From assembly GCA_964016885.1 (NCBI GenBank), contig OZ024743.1, positions 320,602,001-320,666,000 of the forward strand: DNA of 64,000 nucleotides, written 5' to 3'. This document shows, in pieces, positions 39,750 to 55,136 of the stretch. The stretch comes from Eledone cirrhosa. Its lineage: Eukaryota. Each line of letters opens with the position of its first letter. Positions within the stretch are counted from its first letter, which is position 1. Under the pieces are notes generated by a model. It worked only from the letters and a program-made list of their open reading frames with translations, ran no database searches and had not been told where the DNA came from. The translations under genes were made by a program, and so were the position numbers.

Positions 39750-42281
39750 CTGTAAAATCAAATTTATGTAATGAAAGATTTGCTTTGATGATTTGTGTTC
39801 GAATTTCTGTTTAAGATGATGTTGAATATTTAAGATACATAAGCTGAACAGCATATCTGTAGGATTGATGTTATGTGCATGTATATGTAATAATATTTAA
39901 GTTATACAGATAAACATATATATAATAGCAAGTATACATGGTCATGTTGTTTACAACGAGGATTTTAACTCTAAACAGTGCTCAAACACTCTTTCCAGCA
40001 GTTCCTGTCAGAAGCTACCTGTCTCTAAATGATCCGGCTGGATCCCCAAGCCTTACCAGCCAGCTCATGGATGTTATCTAACCATCTTGCTCGGGATCTA
40101 CCCCTGGGTTTCTGCCGCTTGGTTTTGTCCGTAAAGTATGTCCAGCGATTCTTACCTGACACATTCTAACCACATGCCCACAGTATCGGAGCTGTGATCT
40201 CTACATTCGGAGAAGTAGCGGCTCTACATAGAATGAGTCTCAAATCCCCGTTACTCTAAATACCCATCAGAGGAATTCTATTTCTGCCACTTGTATTCGC
40301 GATCGTATTCTTCGGTCATTACAAAAGATACATGACCATAGGTAAGGGTTGGCAGGAAAAATTAATTAAAGATAGCGAGATTGGCTTTTACGCCTACATC
40401 CCTTCTGAATGCTGTAGGTGGCGAATTACTACTCCAGCTTTTGCAATTCTTGCATTTAATTCAGCCTCCTGCCTTCCATCACTCGTGAACACGGCCCCGA
40501 GATACTTGAACTTCTCTACCTGCTTCAGTGAAACTACATTCATATGTAGCGTGCAGTGTTCAGGCTTTCTTGAGTGGACGAGTGTCTCAGTTTTTGAAGC
40601 ACTGATTTTCATTCCAGCCATGCAGCACTCGGCATCAAACCTATTATGTCGAACAGCTGCTGTCATGTGTGGGACGCATCCAGTTGTCAGCCGGGTCCAT
40701 CGTGAGGATCACCCTGCCGCCTTCATTTAAGAACGAAGGAGAGACGGTTTTTCTCTGTCTGGTGGCTATGGCGAGAGAGGTAATATGGTGGACGATGTTA
40801 AAAAGACTGAGGGCAAACACCTTTCTCTCCGGACAACAACTTATCCCCTTATTTAAGTATCACTTCAGAAGGAAGGTGAGAGAGGAGAGAGAGGTGTTAC
40901 ACCCCAGTAAATTCGCTGAAAGGTGGGTGAATGTGGCACAAATGCACCGAGTGAATGGGCCCTCTCTCTATATAAACCTGCAGGTTGACTAAGATAAACA
41001 GAGGGAAGACAGGAACACCTACAAAACGTGTTCTTGGTGTTGAGGGTTGTTCTATCCACGGGGTGTAAAACAACCCTGCAGTAACGTTCCGCCATACTGG
41101 GGATTTCAATTGATATATTATTATATATAGTTTATTGTTATTTATTAATGTTAAAGTTATTTTTATGTAAAACCCCCGCCGTTACGTCTTGTAATGTCCC
41201 ATTTTTGTACGCCCCTCTGGCAATTAAAGAAAGATATCTATCTATCTATATATCTATCTACTTCTCTCTTATATTCTTTGGAAGAAACCAGCTGTATTCA
41301 AACTTGGAGAGGTGATGGGCGTTGCCTGTGATAAAATATCACAAACACGTTATATGTCAAGACAATGCCTTTATGACACCATCAGCTATTGACGGCTATA
41401 CATATATACAACCATATCAAGTTAATGATAATTTTGGATAGAAATGTTAGATAATTTATTATAACCTTATTACATAAAATATAAGATTATTACAGATTAA
41501 CTAACATTTCTAATTAGTTAATCAGGCTATACATTGCATTTACCCTGTTATGTAATGTAAATTAGCCGACTCTTATTTGCGTCTTTGATTGATATATGCT
41601 GCTTCTCATTCCATGGACAGATTTCGCGCATTGTGTACTAGATAAAACGTCTGTAAAAACTCGAAACAAGTCAGATCGATCTAATAATTTCTGACTACAA
41701 AGAGATTTGAACTATGGTAAGCCATTTTCTTTACTTTTCATAACAGACCTAAAATAGTATCTTTGTTAACTTATATATGTATATAACTTATATTTCGAAT
41801 GATAAAATCTTTGCAGAGAACAAATAAATACAGACCTGAATGTCGTATTGCTGATAGAAATGATTGAAATGTAACCAATGGTAAAGTTTTCAAAAACAAA
41901 AACTAACTTTAAATCAACTATGATACAGAAGATCATAAGAGAAGCTATATATTTTCATACGAGTGTCATTAAATAGTATACCAACAGCAACAACAACAAC
42001 AAAAACGAATAAAACTAAGAGGAAATACATTTGAAATACGATGTTTTCACTTTTTAAATATTTCAAAATGTCTATATTTAGAAAATGAAAATGTTTATTG
42101 AAAGTTTAAAAGAAAAACATTTGAGCAACATCTAAAATAAGTGTATATATTTGTATTTTTTCGCTGGTAGCCGTCAGGGGGCTGCAGTCATGCTGTGACA
42201 TAATATTTAAGGTTCGTTTAGTCTATTGTGACCAGTCCACTAATTTGATTGGACTTTCATTCCACACAATTCCAACCACCC

Positions 42282-42335
<54 letters not shown>

Positions 42336-42628
42336 TAAGATAGTAATATGCACGTAAAGAAGAGAAGAAACCCCTCATTAGCTGTTAACTGCGATCATAG
42401 ATGTTTCGGCACTTATAACAGTACATCGAAATCGATCAGCAGCTCGCCCATAGCTTTTTATCGATCAAAAGGCCGCCGTGAGGGAAAGAAAAGAAAAATA
42501 GTGAAGAGAGAGGAAGAAAGAGAAAAAGGAAATAGGAAAAAAAGTAGTAAACAAAGCGAGTGATGTATAGCTAATGTTTGATATATCAAGGAGAATAATA
42601 TTGATATCAAAATGTAATATTTTCTCAC

Positions 42629-42739
42629 CTCCAGAACAATCTTTCCCTGTAAATCCATTCAGACATTTACATGTGTAAGATAAACCATTCGGTTGGCAAC
42701 TTCCTCCATTTTTACATGGCTTCTTGAAACATGGATCAA
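42629..42739 (-). CDS. EGF exon copy 4 (NGLSY, LNG)
   Basis: Intact splice sites, 111 nt. Confidence 0.88.
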
Positions 42740-45271
42740 CTGTAAAATCAAATTTATGTAATGAAAGATTTGCTTTGATGATTTGTGTTCGAATTTCTGT
42801 TTAAGATGATGTTGAATATTTAAGATACATAAGCTGAACAGCATATCTGTAGGATTGATGTTATGTGCATGTATATGTAATAATATTTAAGTTATACAGA
42901 TAAACATATATATAATAGCAAGTATACATGGTCATGTTGTTTACAACGAGGATTTTAACTCTAAACAGTGCTCAAACACTCTTTCCAGCAGTTCCTGTCA
43001 GAAGCTACCTGTCTCTAAATGATCCGGCTGGATCCCCAAGCCTTACCAGCCAGCTCATGGATGTTATCTAACCATCTTGCTCGGGATCTACCCCTGGGTT
43101 TCTGCCGCTTGGTTTTGTCCGTAAAGTATGTCCAGCGATTCTTACCTGACACATTCTAACCACATGCCCACAGTATCGGAGCTGTGATCTCTACATTCGG
43201 AGAAGTAGCGGCTCTACATAGAATGAGTCTCAAATCCCCGTTACTCTAAATACCCATCAGAGGAATTCTATTTCTGCCACTTGTATTCGCGATCGTATTC
43301 TTCGGTCATTACAAAAGATACATGACCATAGGTAAGGGTTGGCAGGAAAAATTAATTAAAGATAGCGAGATTGGCTTTTACGCCTACATCCCTTCTGAAT
43401 GCTGTAGGTGGCGAATTACTACTCCAGCTTTTGCAATTCTTGCATTTAATTCAGCCTCCTGCCTTCCATCACTCGTGAACACGGCCCCGAGATACTTGAA
43501 CTTCTCTACCTGCTTCAGTGAAACTACATTCATATGTAGCGTGCAGTGTTCAGGCTTTCTTGAGTGGACGAGTGTCTCAGTTTTTGAAGCACTGATTTTC
43601 ATTCCAGCCATGCAGCACTCGGCATCAAACCTATTATGTCGAACAGCTGCTGTCATGTGTGGGACGCATCCAGTTGTCAGCCGGGTCCATCGTGAGGATC
43701 ACCCTGCCGCCTTCATTTAAGAACGAAGGAGAGACGGTTTTTCTCTGTCTGGTGGCTATGGCGAGAGAGGTAATATGGTGGACGATGTTAAAAAGACTGA
43801 GGGCAAACACCTTTCTCTCCGGACAACAACTTATCCCCTTATTTAAGTATCACTTCAGAAGGAAGGTGAGAGAGGAGAGAGAGGTGTTACACCCCAGTAA
43901 ATTCGCTGAAAGGTGGGTGAATGTGGCACAAATGCACCGAGTGAATGGGCCCTCTCTCTATATAAACCTGCAGGTTGACTAAGATAAACAGAGGGAAGAC
44001 AGGAACACCTACAAAACGTGTTCTTGGTGTTGAGGGTTGTTCTATCCACGGGGTGTAAAACAACCCTGCAGTAACGTTCCGCCATACTGGGGATTTCAAT
44101 TGATATATTATTATATATAGTTTATTGTTATTTATTAATGTTAAAGTTATTTTTATGTAAAACCCCCGCCGTTACGTCTTGTAATGTCCCATTTTTGTAC
44201 GCCCCTCTGGCAATTAAAGAAAGATATCTATCTATCTATATATCTATCTACTTCTCTCTTATATTCTTTGGAAGAAACCAGCTGTATTCAAACTTGGAGA
44301 GGTGATGGGCGTTGCCTGTGATAAAATATCACAAACACGTTATATGTCAAGACAATGCCTTTATGACACCATCAGCTATTGACGGCTATACATATATACA
44401 ACCATATCAAGTTAATGATAATTTTGGATAGAAATGTTAGATAATTTATTATAACCTTATTACATAAAATATAAGATTATTACAGATTAACTAACATTTC
44501 TAATTAGTTAATCAGGCTATACATTGCATTTACCCTGTTATGTAATGTAAATTAGCCGACTCTTATTTGCGTCTTTGATTGATATATGCTGCTTCTCATT
44601 CCATGGACAGATTTCGCGCATTGTGTACTAGATAAAACGTCTGTAAAAACTCGAAACAAGTCAGATCGATCTAATAATTTCTGACTACAAAGAGATTTGA
44701 ACTATGGTAAGCCATTTTCTTTACTTTTCATAACAGACCTAAAATAGTATCTTTGTTAACTTATATATGTATATAACTTATATTTCGAATGATAAAATCT
44801 TTGCAGAGAACAAATAAATACAGACCTGAATGTCGTATTGCTGATAGAAATGATTGAAATGTAACCAATGGTAAAGTTTTCAAAAACAAAAACTAACTTT
44901 AAATCAACTATGATACAGAAGATCATAAGAGAAGCTATATATTTTCATACGAGTGTCATTAAATAGTATACCAACAGCAACAACAACAACAAAAACGAAT
45001 AAAACTAAGAGGAAATACATTTGAAATACGATGTTTTCACTTTTTAAATATTTCAAAATGTCTATATTTAGAAAATGAAAATGTTTATTGAAAGTTTAAA
45101 AGAAAAACATTTGAGCAACATCTAAAATAAGTGTATATATTTGTATTTTTTCGCTGGTAGCCGTCAGGGGGCTGCAGTCATGCTGTGACATAATATTTAA
45201 GGTTCGTTTAGTCTATTGTGACCAGTCCACTAATTTGATTGGACTTTCATTCCACACAATTCCAACCACCC

Positions 45272-45325
<54 letters not shown>

Positions 45326-45618
45326 TAAGATAGTAATATGCACGTAAAGAAGAGAAGAAACCCCTCATTAGCTGTTAACTGCGATCATAGATGTTTCGGC
45401 ACTTATAACAGTACATCGAAATCGATCAGCAGCTCGCCCATAGCTTTTTATCGATCAAAAGGCCGCCGTGAGGGAAAGAAAAGAAAAATAGTGAAGAGAG
45501 AGGAAGAAAGAGAAAAAGGAAATAGGAAAAAAAGTAGTAAACAAAGCGAGTGATGTATAGCTAATGTTTGATATATCAAGGAGAATAATATTGATATCAA
45601 AATGTAATATTTTCTCAC

Positions 45619-45729
45619 CTCCAGAACAATCTTTCCCTGTAAATCCATTCAGACATTTACATGTGTAAGATAAACCATTCGGTTGGCAACTTCCTCCATT
45701 TTTACATGGCTTCTTGAAACATGGATCAA
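45619..45729 (-). CDS. EGF exon copy 3 (NGLSY, LNG)
   Basis: Intact splice sites, 111 nt. Confidence 0.88.
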
Positions 45730-48254
45730 CTGTAAAATCAAATTTATGTAATGAAAGATTTGCTTTGATGATTTGTGTTCGAATTTCTGTTTAAGATGAT
45801 GTTGAATATTTAAGATACATAAGCTGAACAGCATATCTGTAGGATTGATGTTATGTGCATGTATATGTAATAATATTTAAGTTATACAGATAAACATATA
45901 TATAATAGCAAGTATACATGGTCATGTTGTTTACAACGAGGATTTTAACTCTAAACAGTGCTCAAACACTCTTTCCAGCAGTTCCTGTCAGAAGCTACCT
46001 GTCTCTAAATGATCCGGCTGGATCCCCAAGCCTTACCAGCCAGCTCATGGATGTTATCTAACCATCTTGCTCGGGATCTACCCCTGGGTTTCTGCCGCTT
46101 GGTTTTGTCCGTAAAGTATGTCCAGCGATTCTTACCTGACACATTCTAACCACATGCCCACAGTATCGGAGCTGTGATCTCTACATTCGGAGAAGTAGCG
46201 GCTCTACATAGAATGAGTCTCAAATCCCCGTTACTCTAAATACCCATCAGAGGAATTCTATTTCTGCCACTTGTATTCGCGATCGTATTCTTCGGTCATT
46301 ACAAAAGATACATGACCATAGGTAAGGGTTGGCAGGAAAAATTAATTAAAGATAGCGAGATTGGCTTTTACGCCTACATCCCTTCTGAATGCTGTAGGTG
46401 GCGAATTACTACTCCAGCTTTTGCAATTCTTGCATTTAATTCAGCCTCCTGCCTTCCATCACTCGTGAACACGGCCCCGAGATACTTGAACTTCTCTACC
46501 TGCTTCAGTGAAACTACATTCATATGTAGCGTGCAGTGTTCAGGCTTTCTTGAGTGGACGAGTGTCTCAGTTTTTGAAGCACTGATTTTCATTCCAGCCA
46601 TGCAGCACTCGGCATCAAACCTATTATGTCGAACAGCTGCTGTCATGTGTGGGACGCATCCAGTTGTCAGCCGGGTCCATCGTGAGGATCACCCTGCCGC
46701 CTTCATTTAAGAACGAAGGAGAGACGGTTTTTCTGTCTGGTGGCTATGGCGAGAGAGGTAATATGGTGGACGATGTTAAAAAGACTGAGGGCAAACACCT
46801 TTCTCTCCGGACAACAACTTATCCCCTTATTTAAGTATCACTTCAGAAGGAAGGTGAGAGAGGAGAGAGAGGTGTTACACCCCAGTAAATTCGCTGAAAG
46901 GTGGGTGAATGTGGCAAAAAGCACCGTGTGAATGGGCCCTCTCTCTATATAAACCTGCAGGTTGACTAAGATAAACAGAGGGAAGACAGGAACACCTACA
47001 AAACGTGTTCTTGGTGTTGAGGGTTGTTCTATCCACGGGGTGTAAAACAACCCTGCAGTAACGTTCCGCCATACTGGGGATTTCAATTGATATATTATTA
47101 TATATAGTTTATTGTTATTTATTAATGTTAAAGTTATTTTTATGTAAAACCCCCGCCGTTACGTCTTGTAATGTCCCATTTTTGTACGCCCCTCTGGCAA
47201 TTAAAGAAAGATATCTATCTATCTATATATCTATCTACTTCTCTCTTATATTCTTTGGAAGAGACCAGCTGTATTCAAACTTGGAGAGGTGATGGGCGTT
47301 GCCTGTTTTAAAATATCACAAACACGTTATATGTCAAGACAATGCCTTTATGACACCATCAGCTATTGACGGCTATACATATATACAACCATATCAAGTT
47401 AATGATAATTTTGGATAGAAATGTTAGATAATTTATTATAACCTTATTACATAAAATATAAGATTATTACAGATTAACTAACATTTCTAATTAGTTAATC
47501 AGGCTATACATTGCATTTACCCTGTTATGTAATGTAAATTAGCCGACTCTTATTTGCGTTTTTGATTGATAAATGCTGCTTCTCATTCCATGGACAGATT
47601 TCGCGCATTGTGTACTAGATAAAACGTCTGTAAAAACTCGAAACAAGTCGGATCGATCTAATAATTTCTGACTACAAAGAGATTTGAACTATGGTAAGCC
47701 ATTTTCTTTACTTTTCATAACAGACCTAAAATAGTATCTTTGTTAACTTATATATGTATATAACTTATATTTCGAATGATAAAATCTTTGCAGAGAACAA
47801 ATAAATACAGACCTGAATGTCGTATTGCTGATAGAAATGATTGAAATGTAACCAATGGTAAAGTTTTCAAAAACAAAAACTAACTTTAAATCAATTATGA
47901 TACAGAAGATCATAAGAGAAGCTATATATTTTCATACGAGTGTCATTTAATAGTATACCAACAGCAACAACAACAACAAAAACGAATAAAACTAAGAGGA
48001 AATACATTTGAAATACGATGTTTTCACTTTTTAAATATTTCAAAATGTCTATATTTAGAAAATGAAAATGTTTATTGAAAGTTTAAAAGAAAAACATTTG
48101 AGCAACATCTAAAATAAGTGTATATATTTGTATTTTTTCGCTGGTAGCCGTCAGGGGGCTGCAGTCATGCTGTGACATAATATTTAAGGTTCGTTTAGTC
48201 TATTGTGACCAGTCCACTAATTTGATTGGACTTTCATTCCACACAATTCCAACC

Positions 48255-48328
<74 letters not shown>

Positions 48329-48621
48329 TAAGATAGTAATATGCACGTAAAGAAGAGAAGAAACCCCTCATTAGCTGTTAACTGCGATCATAGATGTTTC
48401 GGCACTTATAACAGTACATCGAAATCGATCAGCAGCTCGCCCATAGCTTTTTATCGATCAAAAGGCCGCCGTGAGGGAAAGAAAAGAAAAATAGTGAAGA
48501 GAGAGGAAGAAAGAGAAAAAGGAAATAGGAAAAAAAGTAGTAAACAAAGCGAGTGATGTATAGCTAATGTTTGATATATCAAGGAGAATAATATTGATAT
48601 CAAAATGTAATATTTTCTCAC

Positions 48622-48732
48622 CTCCAGAACAATCTTTCCCTGTAAATCCATTCAGACATTTACATGTGTAAGATAAACCATTCGGTTGGCAACTTCCTCC
48701 ATTTTTACATGGCTTCTTGAAACATGGATCAA
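48622..48732 (-). CDS. EGF exon copy 2 (NGLSY, LNG)
   Basis: Intact splice sites, 111 nt. Confidence 0.9.
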
Positions 48733-51253
48733 CTGTAAAATCAAATTTATGTAATGAAAGATTTGCTTTGATGATTTGTGTTCGAATTTCTGTTTAAGAT
48801 GATGTTGAATATTTAAGATACATAAGCTGAACAGCATATCTGTAGGATTGATGTTATGTGCATGTATATGTAATAATATTTAAGTTATACAGATAAACAT
48901 ATATATAATAGCAAGTATACATGGTCATGTTGTTTACAACGAGGATTTTAACTCTAAACAGTGCTCAAACACTCTTTCCAGCAGTTCCTGTCAGAAGCTA
49001 CCTGTCTCTAAATGATCCGGCTGGATCCCCAAGCCTTACCAGCCAGCTCATGGATGTTATCTAACCATCTTGCTCGGGATCTACCCCTGGGTTTCTGCCG
49101 CTTGGTTTTGTCCGTAAAGTATGTCCAGCGATTCTTACCTGACACATTCTAACCACATGCCCACAGTATCGGAGCTGTGATCTCTACATTCGGAGAAGTT
49201 GCGGCTCTACATAGAATGAGTCTCAAATCCCCGTTACTCTAAATACCCATCAGAGGAATTCTATTTCTGCCACTTGTATTCGCGATCGTATTCTTCGGTC
49301 ATTACAAAAGATACATGACCATAGGTAAGGGTTGGCAGGAAAAATTAATTAAAGATAGCGAGATTGGCTTTTACGCCTACATCCCTTCTGAATGCTGTAG
49401 GTGGCGAATTACTACTCCAGCTTTTGCAATTCTTGCATTTAATTCAGCCTCCTGCCTTCCATCACTCGTGAACACGGCCCCGAGATACTTGAACTTCTCT
49501 ACCTGCTTCAGTGAAACTCCATTCATATGTAGCGTGCAGTGTTCAGGCTTTCTTGAGTGGACGAGTGTCTCAGTTTTTGAAGCACTGATTTTCATTCCAG
49601 CCATGCAGCACTCGGCATCAAACCTATTATGTCGAACAGCTGCTGTCATGTGTGGGACGCATCCAGTTGTCAGCCGGGTCCATCGTGAGGATCACCCTGC
49701 CGCCTTCATTTAAGAACGAAGGAGAGACGGTTTTTCTCTGTCTGGTGGCTATGGCGAGAGAGGTAATATGGTGGACGATGTTAAAAAGACTGAGGGCAAA
49801 TACCTTTCTCTCCGGACAACAACTTATCCCCTTCTTTAAGTATCACTTCAGAAGGAAGGTGAGAGTGGAGAGAGAGGTGTTACACCCCAGTAAATTCGCT
49901 GAAAGGTGGGTGAATGTGGCACAAATGCACCGTGTGAATGGGCCCTCTCTATATATAAACCTGTAGGTTGACTAAGATAAACAGAGGGAAGACAGGAACA
50001 CCTACAAAACGTGTTCTTGGTGTTGAGGGTTGTTCTATCCACGGGGTGTAAAACAACCCTGCAGTAACGTTCCCCCATACTGGGGATTTCAATTGTTATA
50101 TTATTATATATAGTTTATTGTTATTTATTAATGTTAAAGTTATTTTTATGTAAAACCCCCGCCGTTACGGCTTGTAATGTCCCATTTTTGTACGCCCCTC
50201 TGGCAATTAAAGAAAGATATCTATCTATCTATATATCTATCTACTTCTCTCTTATATTCTTTGGAAGAAACCAGCTGTATTCAAACTTGGAGAGGTGACG
50301 GGCGCTGCCTGTGTTAAAATATCACAAACACGTTATATGTCAAGACAATGCCTTTATGACACCATCAGCTATTGACGGCTATACATATATACAACCATAT
50401 CACGTTAATGATAATTTTGGATAGAAATGTTAGATAATTTATTATAACCTTATTACATAAAATATAAGATTATTACAGATTAACTAACATTTCTAATTAG
50501 TTAATCAGGCTATACATTGCATTTACCCTGTTATGTAATGTAAATTAGCCGACTCTTATTTGCGTTTTTGATTGATAAATGCTGCTTCTCATTCCATGGA
50601 CAGATTTCGGGCATTGTGTACTAGATAAAACGTCTGTAAAAACTCGAAACAAGTCAGATCGATCTAATAATTTCTGACTACAAAGAGATTTGAACTATGG
50701 TAAGCCATTTTCTTTACTTTTCATAACAGACCTAAAATAGTATCTTTGTTAACTTATATATGTATATAACTTATATTTCGAATGATAAAATCTTTGTAGG
50801 GAACAAATAAATACAGACCTGAATGTCGTATTGCTGATAGAAATGATTGAAATGTAACCAATGGTAAAGTTTTCAAAAACAAAAACTAACTTTAAATCAA
50901 CTATGATACAGAAGATCATAAGAGAAGCTATATATTTTCATACGAATGTCATTAAATAGTATACCAACAGCAACAACAACAACAAAAACGAATAAAACTA
51001 AGAGGAAATACATTTGAAATACGATGTTTTCACTTTTTAAATATTTCAAATGTCTATATTTAGAAAATGAAAATGTTTATTGAAAGTTTAAAAGAAAAAC
51101 ATTTGAGCAACATCTAAAATAAGTGTATATATTTGTATTTCTTCGCTGGTAGCAGTCAGGGGACTGCAGTGATATTGTGACATAATGTTTAAGGTTCGTT
51201 TAGTCTATTGTGACCAGTCCACTAATTTGATTGGACTTTCATTCCACACAATT

Positions 51254-51291
<38 letters not shown>

Positions 51292-51456
51292 GATCAAAAT
51301 GCCGCCGTGAGGGAAAGAAAAGAAAAATAGTGAAGAGGGAGGAAAAAAGAGAAAAAGGAAATAGGAAAAAAAAAGTAAACAAACCGACTGATGTATAGCT
51401 TATATTTGATATATCAAGGAGAATAATATTGATATCAAAATGTAATATTTTCTCAC

Positions 51457-51567
51457 CTCCAGAACAATCTTTCCCTGTAAATCCATTCAGACATTTACAT
51501 GTGTAAGATGGACCATTCGGTTCGCAACTTCCTCCATTTGTACATGGCTTCTTGAAACATGGATCAA
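51457..51567 (-). CDS. EGF exon copy 1 (VDPCFKKPCTNGGSCEPNGPSYTCKCLNGFTGKDCSG), the most divergent copy
   Basis: Intact splice sites, 111 nt. Confidence 0.9.
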
Positions 51568-51674
51568 CTGTAAAATCAAATTTATGTAATGAAGGATTTG
51601 CTTTGATTATTTGTGTGCGAATTTCTGTTTAACATAATGTTGAATATTTAAGATATAATTATATCATATCCTAT

Positions 51675-51999
51675 GTATAGCTTTTATTGATATATGATAG
51701 CAGGTACACAACCCCACGTTTGTAGACAACGAGGTTTTTAACTCTAAACAGCTCAAATACATTTAAAAAACAAAGACTAAGACACATGAAACAACAATGT
51801 GTTGATGACATGTTGAAAGAAATTTCAAACACCTAGTACTGTATAGATTGTATTTATTGGATTACATCAACATAATAAAATGACAAGTCTATAGTAAATT
51901 AAGAATCACACACACACAAACACAGACAAGCTCATATGCACGCACAAACACTCATATGACCTCACCTTGTTGGCTTGAACAGGTAAAAGAGTAAAAGAG

Positions 52000-52050
<51 letters not shown>

Positions 52051-52152
52051 AACTGCCCCGTCCGGCTGGCGGGCGGCAAGGTATACCTGCCCCCACCGCT
52101 CCACTGCAAAGATACCACAAACCCTCCCGTGTTACATTGTCCTTCAGACTCA

Positions 52153-52214
<62 letters not shown>

Positions 52215-52620
52215 ATAATAATAATAATAATAAAGTGAAGACTAAAATCCGAAGAGGGATCGATAAGGATAATATATATATATATATAAAAATATATAAA
52301 AACCGTTGAGTAAATATTTATTAAAATAATCGATTATATATATATATATATTCATATGAATGTTTGTGCGTGCGTATGTGCTTATCTGTGTTTGTGTGTG
52401 TGTGATTCTTAATTTACTGTTGATATAATCCAATAAATACAATCTATACAGTACTAGGTGTTTGAAATTTCTTTCAACATGTCATCAACACATTGTTGTT
52501 TCATGTGTCTGAGTCTTTGTTTTTTTAAATGTATTTGAGCTGTTTAGAGTTAAAAACCTCGTTGTCTACAAACGTGGGGTTGTGTACCTGCTATCATATA
52601 TCAATAAAAGCTATAAATAG
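51675..52620. repeat. ~200-bp inverted duplication of intron sequence at the array boundary
   Basis: ~51675-51872 is the reverse complement of ~52418-52616. Confidence 0.85.
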
Positions 52621-53129
52621 TTATGATATAATTATTATAGATCTCCTTCCTAAAGTATATATTTTCACTAAAAAGAGAGGCTATAAATATCATGTCGAAC
52701 TATTGCTACTGTACTACACCAGCCCTTTCATTCATGCCTTCCCATCACACAGGTTACCTGAAAATCCATAATTTTCGATAACCAATACAATATCTCATAT
52801 TGATCGAATTAAAGGAAGCTACAATTATCCAGCAGCTCAGCAACTATTAAACGTTGATTGTGCCAAGATTACAAGGATTATACAAATTAACCTACAAAGA
52901 CTGAGAAGAGAATATTGACAAAACATCTGACAAAACGTCAGGCTTCTGGCAACTAATTCAAAACTCAATGCGTATTTTGCTCGTATGTTCCTTATACACA
53001 CGTATTCGACTTAATTTTACATATTGATGAAGTAGGCCAATTTTCATGGATTATATTTATGCATCCTTTAAGATAGTTTGTCTCATTATTAGTCTGGAGA
53101 ATACCCATGCAATTTTCTAACTTGCCTCA

Positions 53130-53520
53130 AGAAGCATGTATGTGAAACCATCTAAGAGGTAGACAATTTCATAAACATGGACAGCACACCCTACCGTTAT
53201 TGCTCTTTTGATGACAAATATAACTAACTTTCCGAAAGCAACACATTCTGTCTGTTCATTATGCTCATGCCTGATCTCAACCAAGCATTTCGGGATTAAC
53301 AAAATAGCTGTGTATCGTGCATGTATATTGAGCCTTTATCTTTGCTCACTTGAAGCGTGATTCCTCCACAAGCATCATATATTTGTTTTTGAGAGCTTCC
53401 ATCAGAGAGTTTAAATGAATATTCTGACACATTCATGTTAGGGATTCGATATTTTGCGACGTGAGACAATTATAAAAAAACACTGATTACATTGAACCAA
53501 ACACCTTCTAAGAACAGGGA
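53130..53520 (+). mobile_element. Old RTE/BovB-like LINE fragment
   Basis: KIAVYRACILS...FESFHQR resembles the post-RT region of RTE; heavily degraded. Confidence 0.55.
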
Positions 53521-54274
53521 GCTTGTATCTCATCACAAACCAATTCTGTAGTATAAGGACTGTGTGAAATCAATTTAGAAATCATTTAAAATACGTGAGG
53601 AAAGCTGGGAAAGGTACATTGTTCATCACCATCAATAATGAAAATTGCTAAAGAATAGTGCAATTTTATTGTAGAAGTTAACATCTCTTACAAAGACGTT
53701 AAGCAAGCTGCACGAAAACACAATATGTAACGTAGACGGGAAAAACAGGCTCTGCGGTTTTCGTGGTCGTTCATGCCTTCCAAAGGCTAACCTGATTGAT
53801 CACCACGAATTCATGAGGCCAGACAAATGTGGACTACTGAAAGGTGATGTCAATAGATTGCGTTACATGTAATGCATGTGTAAATATCTACAATTATTTT
53901 GTTCGATGTAAAATACAGTGCTAAATATCAGAAACTACTTCATGTAGATGTGCGCATATGCACGCACATATGCAGATATTTTTTATAGATCTACCCATTA
54001 AATTTAAGAAGCCATTGTCGAAAATGCAAGTCATTTTTGAAAACAGTTACAGTTTTCTTGTCATTAGCATATATCGATACGTAAGACCGAAAATTCGGTA
54101 TTTGCTTTGCTCTGAATTGCATCCCTTTACCCCAAAGAATAGTGTTTGTATAGGTTTTACTTTGTGGGTATTAGTATTTAGGTCAATCCGAGAGAAGGAG
54201 CAGCACCCAATAAAAATTTGAATGACTTTCAGCCAGCAGTAATGAATAAAAAAATTAATTCAAACATTTTTTAC

Positions 54275-54449
54275 CGACACAAACTTGTTTCATATTCATA
54301 AATCCCGCTTTGCAGAAACACTTGCGAAATCCACCTTTCAGTACACACTGCGAATATTTAGGACATCCTGATGGTTGATTCAAAACTTTATTACCAGGGA
54401 GGCATGTGATTTTTGCGGAACAATTGTCTAAAATGAAACTTGTATTACT
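54275..54449 (-). CDS. Exon: TILa plus EGF-like module (SNTSFILDNCSAKITCLPGNKVLNQPSGCPKYSQCVLKGGFRKCFCKAGFMNMKQVCV)
   Basis: Acceptor ttttccag, donor gtaaaa; 175 nt, phase 0 to 1. Confidence 0.85.
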
Positions 54450-54958
54450 CTGGAAAAAAAAGTGTAAATGATACATTTGCATATAAAATGTTAATATCTA
54501 TTGATATATTCGTTTATATAGAGCATGATGATACAGAAATATAAGTGTCATTGCGGTAGGAGTGTTTGGGGTCAGACTTAAGCCTTAGGGCTTTCGCTTT
54601 ATAAAAAGTGTGTCTTCGTTTTGTATTTATTCTTTCCCGCCTCTATCTCTATATTCTCCTACACCGTATGTTTGTTTTTGTGAAACTATTGAGATAAGCA
54701 GTCGTAATATTTTTCTCTGTGCATACATATGTTTGAAAATATATGCGCTACAACATTAGGATAGTCCCGCCTGGGTTCTCATCTCCTCTTCGTCGGTATT
54801 TTGTAACGTCACAGGTCTTAACAGTTCGGGTGTTTGGCTCATGATCATAAGGTCATGAGATTCATCCCCGGACTGAATGATACATTGTTATTTTCTTTAT
54901 TTTATTTTCTGAGTAAATATTTTCCGGTTCAGGTATATTTTAAGTGAAATGAACAAAC

Positions 54959-55136
<178 letters not shown>

